From a virus (taxonomy: Duplodnaviria > Caudoviricetes): a DNA stretch of 52,649 nucleotides. Of the stretch, positions 37,550 to 47,428 are shown piece by piece (the first letter of the stretch is position 1; each line of letters begins with the position of its first letter). The stretch lies in IMG/VR virus record IMGVR_UViG_3300035150_000079, positions 1 to 52,649 of that record; one strand, 5' to 3'. The position numbers and the translations under genes were made by a program. The notes beneath the pieces are model-generated. The model ran no database searches and was not told the DNA's origin. It worked only from the letters and a program-made list of their open reading frames with translations.

Positions 37550-38376
37550 TGAGTATTGTTTGGGAAAAATACGACGCAACCGTAACGGTTAACGAAGACG
37601 ATGAAAACAGAGGAAGAATAAGGGTTGCTTGTGCTGGTTTATTAGGAGACGAAGAAATAGAATTACCTATGTGGGTAGAACCTGTATTAGAATGGGGTTT
37701 CTTTTTAGTACCTAATGTAGGTGAAATCGTAGAAATAGAAGCGGCCGCCGGTTCCGATGAAGACGAAATAAATGGACAATTTTCTATAGACAATTTAGAT
37801 ATTAGGTGGAGAGGAAAACGCTCTTATACAATAGATGAACCTGAAAATGAAAATATAGAGCCAACACCTATTCACCCAGATTTTTTAAGCAATTACGGTA
37901 AAAGAAGGGGTTTTTCCACCCCGCACGGTCACATCATAATGTTTGATGATGATTCGAATAACCCTACTCTTCAAATAACATTTCAAAAAACTGCTATGGA
38001 GGTTGGAACTCCGCCGGAAGCTTCTGATTATAGTCGATTGGAATTCGAAAAGGACGGAAGTTTAAAGGTTGCGTTATTAGAAACCACTACATTGCATTTA
38101 CAAACCGAAGGCAAAAAATTAAAAATAGAAATAGATGGAGGAGAATCACTAGAAATCGCCGGGAAAGATTCTGATACGGTAGCAACAATAGGCGACGGAG
38201 CTGTATCGGGAACTATAGCTGAAAATTTAAAAAATTATATTGATAATTCTGTAAAAATACACGTTGATGGACACATCCATCCGACAGCCATGGGCAATAG
38301 TGGTGCGCCTATAACACAAATGCCTGCTTATGACGATTCAATAACTTCCAGCCATTTAAAATTTCCGAACGGTTAA
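37549..38376 (+). CDS. Baseplate central spike (gpV/gp5 OB-fold)
   Basis: VTVNEDDENRGRIRV, FFLVPNVGEIV.IE, TPHGH.I.FDD; C-terminal HIH metal-binding apex motif. Confidence 0.85.
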   Translation: MSIVWEKYDATVTVNEDDENRGRIRVACAGLLGDEEIELPMWVEPVLEWGFFLVPNVGEIVEIEAAAGSDEDEINGQFSIDNLDIRWRGKRSYTIDEPENENIEPTPIHPDFLSNYGKRRGFSTPHGHIIMFDDDSNNPTLQITFQKTAMEVGTPPEASDYSRLEFEKDGSLKVALLETTTLHLQTEGKKLKIEIDGGESLEIAGKDSDTVATIGDGAVSGTIAENLKNYIDNSVKIHVDGHIHPTAMGNSGAPITQMPAYDDSITSSHLKFPNG

Positions 38377-38378
38377 TT

Positions 38379-38867
38379 ATGGTAATGGTATCTACAACAT
38401 TAGCAAGCGAACTAGAGAATATGACTCCTGAGTCGGATGAAAACGTTGTCATAGATAGATTTGCTTCTGCTTGGGAGACCTATTTTTACGACGCTTCAGT
38501 AGGCGGAATACCAGCGAACGGCGGAACTTTAGCCGGCGCAACATCCGCAATGAAATCGGCTATGATCGGGATTACTCAACCAAATGCCGGTTCTATTTCT
38601 ATACAAAACGGAATTATCGCATTCTGGGGCGTAGTAGCCTCATCCGCTGCTTCTATTTGGACCACCGTTCCTCCTTGTACGGGCGCTACGCCTCCTCCAA
38701 ATCTAGCAACAATCTCGTCAACTCTAGACGGCGTATTTGCTTCTAATGTAGCATCGGAATTAAGTTTAGCGGACGCTTGTAACGCTATTGCGGGAGCATT
38801 ACACGCTTTAAATTTAGGTGGTATATGTATAATACCAACACCAGGCGCTCCAACGCCAATATTATGA
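38379..38867 (+). CDS. Baseplate/spike-associated hypothetical protein
   Basis: Ala-rich 162-aa ORF directly after the spike gene. Confidence 0.6.
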   Translation: MVMVSTTLASELENMTPESDENVVIDRFASAWETYFYDASVGGIPANGGTLAGATSAMKSAMIGITQPNAGSISIQNGIIAFWGVVASSAASIWTTVPPCTGATPPPNLATISSTLDGVFASNVASELSLADACNAIAGALHALNLGGICIIPTPGAPTPIL

Positions 38868-38874
38868 GGATGAT

Positions 38875-39252
38875 ATGAGAGGTTTAAGATTACCGGTCGG
38901 GGTTGGACCAAATGGCGGCGCATCTTTGATAGAAGGCGATGAAAATGATTATAAAATAATAGCAATTGCTTTGGGAAGTACAGAAAGTGAAAATGCTTTC
39001 CAACAAGATATTACGTTGGGCGAAAGAATGATATTTGATTTAAACGATTATACCATAAGAGCTAGTATCCTGAAGAAATTGTATAAAATTTTTGAAAATT
39101 TCAGATTAAAAAAGAGATTTGAATTAAAAAAGGAAACCATAAGTTGGATAGAAGATTCTCGAAATCAAATATTGACTTTGGAGTTTAGGTACGTGAATTT
39201 AGAAAGCGACGAAGATATATTTTTTAGAAAAGCATTCACTAGTGCCGATTGA
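38875..39252 (+). CDS. Baseplate wedge / sheath initiator (gp25-like)
   Basis: Size, position and IAL.S.ESEN.F...G..MIF pattern. Confidence 0.7.
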   Translation: MRGLRLPVGVGPNGGASLIEGDENDYKIIAIALGSTESENAFQQDITLGERMIFDLNDYTIRASILKKLYKIFENFRLKKRFELKKETISWIEDSRNQILTLEFRYVNLESDEDIFFRKAFTSAD

Positions 39253-39260
39253 GAGGAAGC

Positions 39261-41420
39261 ATGGCTACGAATATAACAACCCCTGATTTTAATTTTTCGG
39301 CATTTTATTACGCGGACATCTTAGAATCGCTTATGCGATACAAAAGAATATATGTTCCGGAATTAACCGAAGAGTTAGACGAAGAACCTTTTATACAATT
39401 TTTAAGAGCGGTAGCCCTAGTAGGACATTTAAATAACACTCTTTTAGATTTGGTAGCCAACGAATCGACTTTAGGGACTGCTAAATTAGCTGATACCGTT
39501 CGAGAAATGTTCAAATTGATAGACTATGATTTAAGCCCTGCTACGCCTTCGCAAGTTGATGTGGTGTATGAACTCAGCAAAGTATTCGTTAGTAATTACG
39601 TATTAATACCTGAAAATTCGCAATCTTCTACAAAAAGAGATGGCGATAATCCGATAATAACATTTGAATCATTAGAAGAACTTGAAATAGAAAGAACCGA
39701 TAGATTTAGTTATGTTTATTCTTTAGAAGACACTACATATACCAATTACACTAGTGAAGCGAATACAACCCCAGGAAGTACATGGGAACCCTGGACAACT
39801 CCTAGTTCTAAAGATTGTATATATTGGGGACACAAACAAGTGATGTGGAATAAATTGTCCGCATATTTAGACACCCCTTCTTCTAACATAAATGGTGTTT
39901 TTGAATTCTATGATGGAGAATGGAGAAAAACAAATCCAACATCAGTAACGGTAACAGGAGGAGGAAGTTCGTTATATTTCGATTTAACAAGTTATTTAGG
40001 AACGCAAAATAGACAAGGAACCCTTGTAAGAATACAACTTAACGAATCATCAACTTATGAAGATGTTTATGTAACTTGGACGGGAAGTGAAAATGTCGTA
40101 TCTACCGGACTATTAGGACAATCTGATCCTTCAACGGAAATAGAGGATTATTCTGTAGGTTCGGATTGGACTATATTAGACGATGTAGAAGATGGAACTT
40201 TAGATTTTACGCAAGACGGAGATGTAGATTATACTCTGCCGCATACATCAACTAAAAATTGGGTAAAAACGACTATCAACGGATTAGAAGCGTTTTGGTT
40301 GAGATATAGGATAATAACGGCTTCTACTCCAACTTCGCCTATTTTTATTAATACCCGTATGGACGAGGGGAAACAATACGTAATAAGATTGGTAACACAA
40401 GGTCTAACCCATACGGACGAACCAATTGGCAGTAGTACGGGACTTCCGAATCAACGTTTTTCTATATCTAAAGAAAATTTCATAATAAATAGCGAAACAG
40501 TTTACGTTGATGATGAGGAATGGACTAGAGTAGATAATTTTCTAGGAAGCAAACCTAATGATAAGCATTACACAATAGAACTTACCACTAATGATAGAGC
40601 AATAATAGTATTTGGTGATGCTGTTACTGGTAAAATACCTTCACTAGGCGTTGGAAATATTGATGTTACTTTTAGATACGGCGTACAAAATAATGGTAAT
40701 GTTGGAAATAATACCGTAACGATAGATAAATCAGGATTAACATTCGTAAATAAATTGTGGAATCCTAGACAAGCTACGGGTTGGAGCGAAGCACAAGGAG
40801 CGTCGGAAAGTAGTTTAGAAAAAGCAAAAATAGAAGGCCCGGCTACTTTACGAATAAAAGACGTTGCAATAAGCGCGAGCGACGTAGAAACTTTGTCGTT
40901 ATTATATGCCGATAGCGATGGAGCCAAACCGTTTAGCAGAGCGTTTGCTTTTGAAGAAGGATACGGACCAAAAACTATAGAATTAGTTGTAGTAGCCAAA
41001 GGCGGCGGAACGGCAAGTTCTACGCAATTAGAAAATTTACAAACTTATTTCAACGGAGATAAATATTCTTATCCGCCAATAGAATCACACATAGTAGCAA
41101 ACCAACAAGTAATAACAACTAATTATATACAGAAAATAATAGATTTAGATTTAACAATATACGGTAGTGACATTTCAGAAACAGTTGTTTTAAATTCATT
41201 ACAAAGCGTAATACAGCCTGAAGCCTTAAAAGAAGATGGAGTAACTTGGGAATGGAATTTCGGCGTATCCATAACTGTATCTAGAATAATACACGAAGTC
41301 TTTAGTACCAATAATTCAATAACTAAGGTTGTTGTTAATGACCCGTCTTCGGACGTAACGTTGCAGACCAGAGAACTCCCCGTTTTAGGCGAAGTTACCA
41401 TTACTATAATAGAATCCTAA
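39261..41420 (+). CDS. Baseplate J-like wedge protein (T4 gp6-like)
   Basis: ANESTLGTA, IGSSTGLPNQRF, WTRVDNF, IVFGD...GKIP, GNVG, ES..AK...P...R...AIS.SD.E. Confidence 0.88.
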   Translation: MATNITTPDFNFSAFYYADILESLMRYKRIYVPELTEELDEEPFIQFLRAVALVGHLNNTLLDLVANESTLGTAKLADTVREMFKLIDYDLSPATPSQVDVVYELSKVFVSNYVLIPENSQSSTKRDGDNPIITFESLEELEIERTDRFSYVYSLEDTTYTNYTSEANTTPGSTWEPWTTPSSKDCIYWGHKQVMWNKLSAYLDTPSSNINGVFEFYDGEWRKTNPTSVTVTGGGSSLYFDLTSYLGTQNRQGTLVRIQLNESSTYEDVYVTWTGSENVVSTGLLGQSDPSTEIEDYSVGSDWTILDDVEDGTLDFTQDGDVDYTLPHTSTKNWVKTTINGLEAFWLRYRIITASTPTSPIFINTRMDEGKQYVIRLVTQGLTHTDEPIGSSTGLPNQRFSISKENFIINSETVYVDDEEWTRVDNFLGSKPNDKHYTIELTTNDRAIIVFGDAVTGKIPSLGVGNIDVTFRYGVQNNGNVGNNTVTIDKSGLTFVNKLWNPRQATGWSEAQGASESSLEKAKIEGPATLRIKDVAISASDVETLSLLYADSDGAKPFSRAFAFEEGYGPKTIELVVVAKGGGTASSTQLENLQTYFNGDKYSYPPIESHIVANQQVITTNYIQKIIDLDLTIYGSDISETVVLNSLQSVIQPEALKEDGVTWEWNFGVSITVSRIIHEVFSTNNSITKVVVNDPSSDVTLQTRELPVLGEVTITIIES

Positions 41421-41432
41421 TAGGAGGTTATT

Positions 41433-41843
41433 TTGACGTTTAGTAACAGTTTTGAAAATGTTGTATTGGATTCTATTTTAGGCGCTGGAGCTACCTTATT
41501 AGGTTCCACGTTAGAAATTGCTTTATCGTCCACTAATCCTACAGAAGACGGTTCGGGAATTACGGAGCCAGTAGGCAACGGATATTCTAGGAAATCAATT
41601 TCTAACGATGCTACATATTGGGGAGCAGCAGTAGACGGAGAAAAAACAAATGTTTTAACGATAATTTTTGCAGAAGCGACCGGCGCATGGGGAACAATGA
41701 CGCATTGGGCGATATACGATACAGGAGTTTTTAAAATTTACGGCGAAATAACAGATGTTTCAGGCAATTCTTCGCCACAATTCGTTGATGACGGAGACGT
41801 AGTAAGATTTTTACCTGGCGCTTTAAAAATAACGTTGGATTAA
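41433..41843 (+). CDS. Tail-associated structural protein
   Basis: GYSR, FAEATGAWGTMTHWAIYD, GD..RF..GAL.ITLD match a widespread phage tail family; AGGAGG SD with TTG start. Confidence 0.75.
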   Translation: MTFSNSFENVVLDSILGAGATLLGSTLEIALSSTNPTEDGSGITEPVGNGYSRKSISNDATYWGAAVDGEKTNVLTIIFAEATGAWGTMTHWAIYDTGVFKIYGEITDVSGNSSPQFVDDGDVVRFLPGALKITLD

Positions 41844-41844
41844 T

Positions 41845-42453
41845 ATGGCTATATTAAGCATATACGGTTTAAGTGAAACAATTTGCACCGCAACAGGCCA
41901 ACTTGTTACTCTTGTAAAAATAACAAATGCGGAAGTAATTTCTTCGAATAAATTAAGAGTGTATTTCGACAGAAATATGAAAAATGATGACAATTTAGTT
42001 AATAGATTGTTTTACACAATAATTCCTGTAACATCAGGCGCTGTTAATTGCTACATTAACGAAGTAAAAGCCCCTTACGTTGCACATCCAGAATATGTTG
42101 ATCTAATAACCTCTGAAATGACCGATAGTTCTTCATACACGGTTTATGTTGATACGGACGGTCCGACTGATTTAGAAAATACTCCTGTGGATCCTGATAA
42201 CAACGAACAAAATTTTGTAGCAGAAGGAATTATACCAACAATAGATAAGATAATCGCTATAAGTGAAAACCAAATAGACGTTGTATTTAGTGAAAATATG
42301 AAAATAAATAGCGCAATTAAAAATATTAGCAAATATTCATTTGATAATGGTTTAAGTGTTTTAAGCGTTATAAGCGTAATAGGAGATACAGTTAGTTTAG
42401 CAACGTCGGAACAGACTCCGGGAATAATTTATACTTTGACGGTCAATCCGTAG
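41845..42453 (+). CDS. Tandem Ig-like domain virion protein
   Basis: Two repeats: (SNKL/ENQI)..V.F..NM....Y.....V.L.TSE.T....YT. Confidence 0.7.
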   Translation: MAILSIYGLSETICTATGQLVTLVKITNAEVISSNKLRVYFDRNMKNDDNLVNRLFYTIIPVTSGAVNCYINEVKAPYVAHPEYVDLITSEMTDSSSYTVYVDTDGPTDLENTPVDPDNNEQNFVAEGIIPTIDKIIAISENQIDVVFSENMKINSAIKNISKYSFDNGLSVLSVISVIGDTVSLATSEQTPGIIYTLTVNP

Positions 42454-42463
42454 CGGATGTAAA

Positions 42464-44608
42464 ATGGCGAATGTTATACAAGATTTAGCTAACAACTCTA
42501 TAGCGGCGGATACTACGGGCCAATTCATAGGCTATGTTGAATCAGAAGAAACGTCCGAAACATTATCTTTGAAAATGTATAATTTTTTATTATACACAAT
42601 AAGACAATCTGATTCGACTATGGAGGGGAAATATTTCGTTAAAAGATTATTTCAAGGCCCTCAGAACGTATGGCAAACCATACAAAATAAAATATTTTCC
42701 ATTAAAGATTTATGGTCTGTTACAAGATGTCCTGATGAAGCTTTAAAATATCTTAAAAACATAGTAGGTTGGACAAAGGAACTTGATTACATAACGGACG
42801 AATTAGATTGCGATACATTAAGAAGGCTTATAGCTTCATCCGTTCCTCTTTGGAGTAAAAGAGGAAAAGAAGAAACTATAATAGATATCATATCTTTGTT
42901 GCTAAATACAAGATGTGTTATATGGAATTGGTTTGATTATCGTTGGATTGTTGATGAAACAGAATTTGCTGAACAACACGCAGGATATGATTCGTGGATA
43001 ATAGACCACGGAGAAGAAGGCTTAGGGGAATATTCAAGCAACATCAGAATTGTTGACGATGGAACTCTTAACAAAGATTTAGTTAAAAATGTATTAAAAC
43101 TAATAAGAGCTTGCGGAGAAAGAATAGAAATATCGTATATAAATTTTTTGGATAGATTTTTAGTGGATGACGATACGTCGCAATGGGATAATGTTGAAGG
43201 AACAATAATGTCGGTGTCTGATTCAATAGCCGAATTAGATGTTTCAGGAGAGTATCAGTTATCGGTAGCAAACGTAGAAAGCGCATACGAATGGTCTAGG
43301 TACGTTGCTTATTTTAGAATACAAGGTGAAGGAAATACAGGCTTCGGAGTAGTATTTTATTATCAAGATTCCGATAATTACTATGGATTGGAATTATTAA
43401 TATCGCCGTACGAAAGCTATAAATTGTTTAAGGTTGTTTCCGGAGAATATGAAGCAGTAAAAATCGGAAAACTTAATTATGACTTATCAGAAAATATTTG
43501 GTACGGAATTAGAATACATATAGATATAGACGATAACGGTTTAGATGTAATAAAAATTTACTTGGATACTGAGTTAATTGTTGATTCATCAGACGTTTAT
43601 GATAATATAGCCTTAGCAGGCACTTTAGGCAACGGTTATATATTGCGTACCGTCGATTATGGATTGAATTGGGAAGTCATTACCAATACTGATGAAAGTC
43701 GAATAACCTACATCAGTTCTTTTAATAACGGAACGGTATTAGTTGGTACTTATAGCGATGGAAAAATATTACGTTCTATCGATAACGGAGAAGCATGGAT
43801 AGAAATGGAGGATACATCTCAAACCTCTATAAATGGCATAGCATCATTTAACAACGGAATAGCGATTGCAACATCTAATAACGGAAAAATATTCCGAAGT
43901 ATTGATTACGGAATAAATTGGTCAGAAGTAGAAGATACCGTAGAAAGTTGGATGAGTTGCGTAGCAACATTCAGTAACGGAGTAGCAATTGTTGGATCAG
44001 GGGATAATGGTAAAATATTTCGATCTACCGATTACGGGGGAAATTGGTCGGAAACAGAAGATACAACGGAAGAAGAGATTAGGTGTATTGCTACATTTAG
44101 CAACGGCGTTGCGTTAGCAGGAACTTCAAATGGAGGGAAAATATTTCGATCTACTGATTACGGGGAGAATTGGTCAGAAGTATTAGATACAGCAGAGACT
44201 ATGATAGCAGTTTTATTGACTATTGATAACGGAATAGCATTGTTCGGTACATCTCCTCACGGTAAAATATTTAGAACTGTTGATTATGGATTGAATTGGT
44301 CGGAAGTAGAAGATACATTAACAACCATTATCAGGTCGATGGCTCATTTTGGTAATGGTGTTATTATAGCTGGAGGCGGTAGCGGAAAAATATTTAGATC
44401 CGCAGACTATGGTTTGACTTGGGTAGAAATAGAAGATATAGACGAAAGTCAAATTTATAGCATGGATAATATTAAATATAGCACTTTAAGTGATTTAAAT
44501 AAAGGAACAATAGGGGTTTTTGCGAATGATGGTTCGACTTTAAAATTAAGCGAATGCGAGTTATTTCAATTGCCCGCATCAACAGAAATACTGGACGTAA
44601 ATTCGTAA
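42464..44608 (+). CDS. Baseplate wedge (gpI-like) fused to a lectin-like domain and Asp-box beta-propeller
   Basis: CPDEALKYLKNIVGW, LRRLI....PLW..RG, LKLIRACGE; seven R(S/T).D.G..W repeats. Confidence 0.8.
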   Translation: MANVIQDLANNSIAADTTGQFIGYVESEETSETLSLKMYNFLLYTIRQSDSTMEGKYFVKRLFQGPQNVWQTIQNKIFSIKDLWSVTRCPDEALKYLKNIVGWTKELDYITDELDCDTLRRLIASSVPLWSKRGKEETIIDIISLLLNTRCVIWNWFDYRWIVDETEFAEQHAGYDSWIIDHGEEGLGEYSSNIRIVDDGTLNKDLVKNVLKLIRACGERIEISYINFLDRFLVDDDTSQWDNVEGTIMSVSDSIAELDVSGEYQLSVANVESAYEWSRYVAYFRIQGEGNTGFGVVFYYQDSDNYYGLELLISPYESYKLFKVVSGEYEAVKIGKLNYDLSENIWYGIRIHIDIDDNGLDVIKIYLDTELIVDSSDVYDNIALAGTLGNGYILRTVDYGLNWEVITNTDESRITYISSFNNGTVLVGTYSDGKILRSIDNGEAWIEMEDTSQTSINGIASFNNGIAIATSNNGKIFRSIDYGINWSEVEDTVESWMSCVATFSNGVAIVGSGDNGKIFRSTDYGGNWSETEDTTEEEIRCIATFSNGVALAGTSNGGKIFRSTDYGENWSEVLDTAETMIAVLLTIDNGIALFGTSPHGKIFRTVDYGLNWSEVEDTLTTIIRSMAHFGNGVIIAGGGSGKIFRSADYGLTWVEIEDIDESQIYSMDNIKYSTLSDLNKGTIGVFANDGSTLKLSECELFQLPASTEILDVNS
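43595..44480 (+). repeat. Seven ~126-bp tandem coding repeats (BNR/Asp-box blades)
   Basis: RTVDYGLNW, RSIDNGEAW, RSIDYGINW, RSTDYGGNW, RSTDYGENW, RTVDYGLNW, RSADYGLTW; similarity is visible at DNA level. Confidence 0.9.
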
Positions 44609-44618
44609 GGGAATTAAA

Positions 44619-46697
44619 ATGTCAACAAGTAGCGAATACGTAAATATTACGCAAAAAAAATTATTAGGTTATCGCGATTTAAACGATAGATTTTTCTCAT
44701 ATTTGATGGATTCTTTAAAAGAGAAATTTAGTCACGTTTGGGATGAAGATATTGTTTTAGGAGATCAATTAACGTTGGAGGCAGACGGAGCGGACGCTTT
44801 TAAAATAACCGGCGATTCTATCGCTACTGATGGAATTGGTAATTTATTGAAGATAAGTGATTCTTTAGTCCACGATGATATTTCATTTGAAAATACAAAT
44901 TCGGTAAATTATTACGTAGCATTAAAATACACCGAAATACCTAATGAAATCGATATTAATCCTAGCACGGGATATCCCGAATATAGAGGGTGGATAGAAG
45001 AGATTGGTGAAAAGGCAATTCCTAATTATGTTACAGATAACGGCGATGATACGATAACTTTAAGAGTGGATAACGTAACAGAAAGCGGCGTTGATAACTC
45101 CGGAAGACAAGTTTTGGTTTATAAAGAAATAGCGGCTAAAGATGCAACAACGTCTAGCATAGCCATAGAAATATGTACAGTAAGTTGGACCGGAACTTAT
45201 AATGAAATAACAACAACATATTCATTAGGACAATCGACTATATCTACTATAACAAATGATTATAAAGTAGTGTTGTTGGGGCCAACCGTAAAAAGATATG
45301 TTGATTTAAGAGAAGAAAGCGGATATGTATTCATAGGAATAATAGAAGGCAACGGAGGAACTCCAACATCTTTTGATATGACGGAACAAAATATAACGTC
45401 CATAACTGTAAACGATTTCGCCGATTTAGAAAAAGAAATGCGATTGCTTGCGTATATGGGACCAAGAATATCATCTCCGGATATAGATTCTTATTATAAC
45501 GCCGTACATCGTAATTCTTGGTACCCTCCTTACAATTACGGTCTTGATACTAATAGATTTCAATTAGGAAGCGGATTGAGTATATGCGGCGGGTGTTCTG
45601 CTATAATAGACGGAAGATTGAAAAATATATATTGTGCTAGATCTATAACGCATATTTATATTGTTGACGATGAAACGTTGTCAGTAGAATACGTTAACTT
45701 GTCTGCTTATTTCCCTGCTACCAATTCCGATTGGAACGTTATTTCTATGTGTAGAGATGAAAATAGATTATTTGTAGTAGGCATCGGACTTACAACGTTC
45801 GCTACGGTTTTGCATTGTTTTGATATTGAAACATGGGAACCGTATACAGGGTGGACTACGGGAACGGTAATAGGTTCTGCAAGTAATACCAACGTAACTG
45901 GAATATCTGTTATAAATGCCGATGATGATTACGTTGCCGTTTCTAATCCAGAAGTAACAGTCAGCAGCGGTTCTTCGAGTGCTGTTAGCATATTTAGCAA
46001 AAGCGATGGAACTCTTTTAGGTTCAGGAGCCGGAGATTGCCCTAGTGTTACCAGCGGGTCTGTAAAATGGATAACATCTAATGGGACATATGTATTCTTC
46101 GTGATAGAAGAAACAGCTACGGCATACGTTTGTAGCATGTCAATAACTTCACCCGGAGCTAACGGATGCGGAGAAAGCGGATGGCCTCATCAAGATTTCA
46201 ATAAAGAAGAATACGTTGATATAATAGCTTTCGGGGATACGGTATTCGTATCAATTAACGATGAATCGATTCTTGGATACATATATAACGTTTATTTATC
46301 CACTACTGTACGTTTGGATGTGGATAATGCTTCGTCTCCTTATTGTAAAACTTTCGGAAGGCTTGCTTGTGACGGTAGTCATATATGGGCATTAGGATCT
46401 GAAAACAACGGAGCATATGATCGTTCAAAATTATTCAAAATAGATATAAGACAACTAACATTAGTCGATAGTCTTGGCGCTGCCGACGGAGTTTCGCCGC
46501 TAGTTACTCCTTATGAATTTGAATTTAAAACATCAAATCATTTTCAATCATCGCCTGATGTAGCCGTGAAACCAAGAACTCCGTTGTTTTTTAATGGCAA
46601 AGATATATGGGTGGTAGGCAACGATTTTACACAAGGCGCAAGTAACGGAAAATTACAAGGGTATCTTTACCGAGTTCCTAGGATATTCAATTTATAG
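44619..46697 (+). CDS. Tail fibre / receptor-binding protein with probable C-terminal beta-propeller
   Basis: Last structural gene; short coiled coil (FADLEKEMRL) followed by blade-like repeats (SNGTYVF, CDGSHIW, FNGKDIW). Confidence 0.65.
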   Translation: MSTSSEYVNITQKKLLGYRDLNDRFFSYLMDSLKEKFSHVWDEDIVLGDQLTLEADGADAFKITGDSIATDGIGNLLKISDSLVHDDISFENTNSVNYYVALKYTEIPNEIDINPSTGYPEYRGWIEEIGEKAIPNYVTDNGDDTITLRVDNVTESGVDNSGRQVLVYKEIAAKDATTSSIAIEICTVSWTGTYNEITTTYSLGQSTISTITNDYKVVLLGPTVKRYVDLREESGYVFIGIIEGNGGTPTSFDMTEQNITSITVNDFADLEKEMRLLAYMGPRISSPDIDSYYNAVHRNSWYPPYNYGLDTNRFQLGSGLSICGGCSAIIDGRLKNIYCARSITHIYIVDDETLSVEYVNLSAYFPATNSDWNVISMCRDENRLFVVGIGLTTFATVLHCFDIETWEPYTGWTTGTVIGSASNTNVTGISVINADDDYVAVSNPEVTVSSGSSSAVSIFSKSDGTLLGSGAGDCPSVTSGSVKWITSNGTYVFFVIEETATAYVCSMSITSPGANGCGESGWPHQDFNKEEYVDIIAFGDTVFVSINDESILGYIYNVYLSTTVRLDVDNASSPYCKTFGRLACDGSHIWALGSENNGAYDRSKLFKIDIRQLTLVDSLGAADGVSPLVTPYEFEFKTSNHFQSSPDVAVKPRTPLFFNGKDIWVVGNDFTQGASNGKLQGYLYRVPRIFNL

Positions 46698-46711
46698 GGA
46701 AATTACAATAA

Positions 46712-46846
46712 ATGAAGAAAAAATATAAAATAATCATATTGTTTGTTATAGCTATTGTTTTGCTGTTACTACCTATAACATTAAATACTATCGATAAGTT
46801 TGAACAAAAAGATGTTGGTATGGCTAAAGTTGTAAAAAAACGATGA
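46712..46846 (+). CDS. Small membrane or secreted peptide (44 aa, not in the ORF track)
   Basis: MKKKYKIIILFVIAIVLLLLPITLN...: basic N-terminus plus hydrophobic helix. Confidence 0.5.
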   Translation: MKKKYKIIILFVIAIVLLLLPITLNTIDKFEQKDVGMAKVVKKR

Positions 46847-46883
46847 TCATCTTTTCTATTTCCTCATTCGGAAGCGAGCGTAG

Positions 46884-47393
46884 ATGCGTTGTAAAGTCGA
46901 AAACTGTTATCTTGAAAAAGAAATTCACATAATAAGTGAAAACGCTAGAGAATTTCAAAAAAGCGCGATAGATAATATAAATAACTTCAAAGTAGAAGTT
47001 CGTGATTCGTTAAAAAATATCGACGATAGATACAATAGGATGTACGAACAATTAGAAAAAGAATTACGAACAGAAATGATACAGAGACAAGATGCGTTGA
47101 GCGCAAAGGTTGATTCTCATATTATAAACCAAAATAATCGCTCTCTAACCATCATAAATGATTTAGGTGATATAAAGCTTGCCTTAGGACTTAAAGCAGA
47201 TAGAAACGAAACTAGTCAGTTGCAATCATCAATAATGAAAAAGTTCGAAGACGAATCCGAAAAGGCCGCTAAAGAGCGAATGGAAATGGAACGACAAGCG
47301 AATAAAATTGGATACAAATTGTTATTCTTTTTGATAGGAACGATATCTAGCGCTTTCATTTCTCTTCTTATACAATATTTATCAAATAATTAA
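46884..47393 (+). CDS. Coiled-coil protein with C-terminal transmembrane helix (possibly lysis-related)
   Basis: Heptad-rich body; LLFFLIGTISSAFISLLIQYL at the C-terminus; located after tail genes. Confidence 0.6.
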   Translation: MRCKVENCYLEKEIHIISENAREFQKSAIDNINNFKVEVRDSLKNIDDRYNRMYEQLEKELRTEMIQRQDALSAKVDSHIINQNNRSLTIINDLGDIKLALGLKADRNETSQLQSSIMKKFEDESEKAAKERMEMERQANKIGYKLLFFLIGTISSAFISLLIQYLSNN

Positions 47394-47428
47394 TCACTTT
47401 CTAACATAATATAGGATATAATATACTT

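Noticed and set aside
43595-46697. Diversity-generating retroelement or CRISPR-like array
   Set aside because: The repeats are in-frame coding propeller blades without unique spacers. No reverse transcriptase or adenine-specific TR/VR pair was seen.
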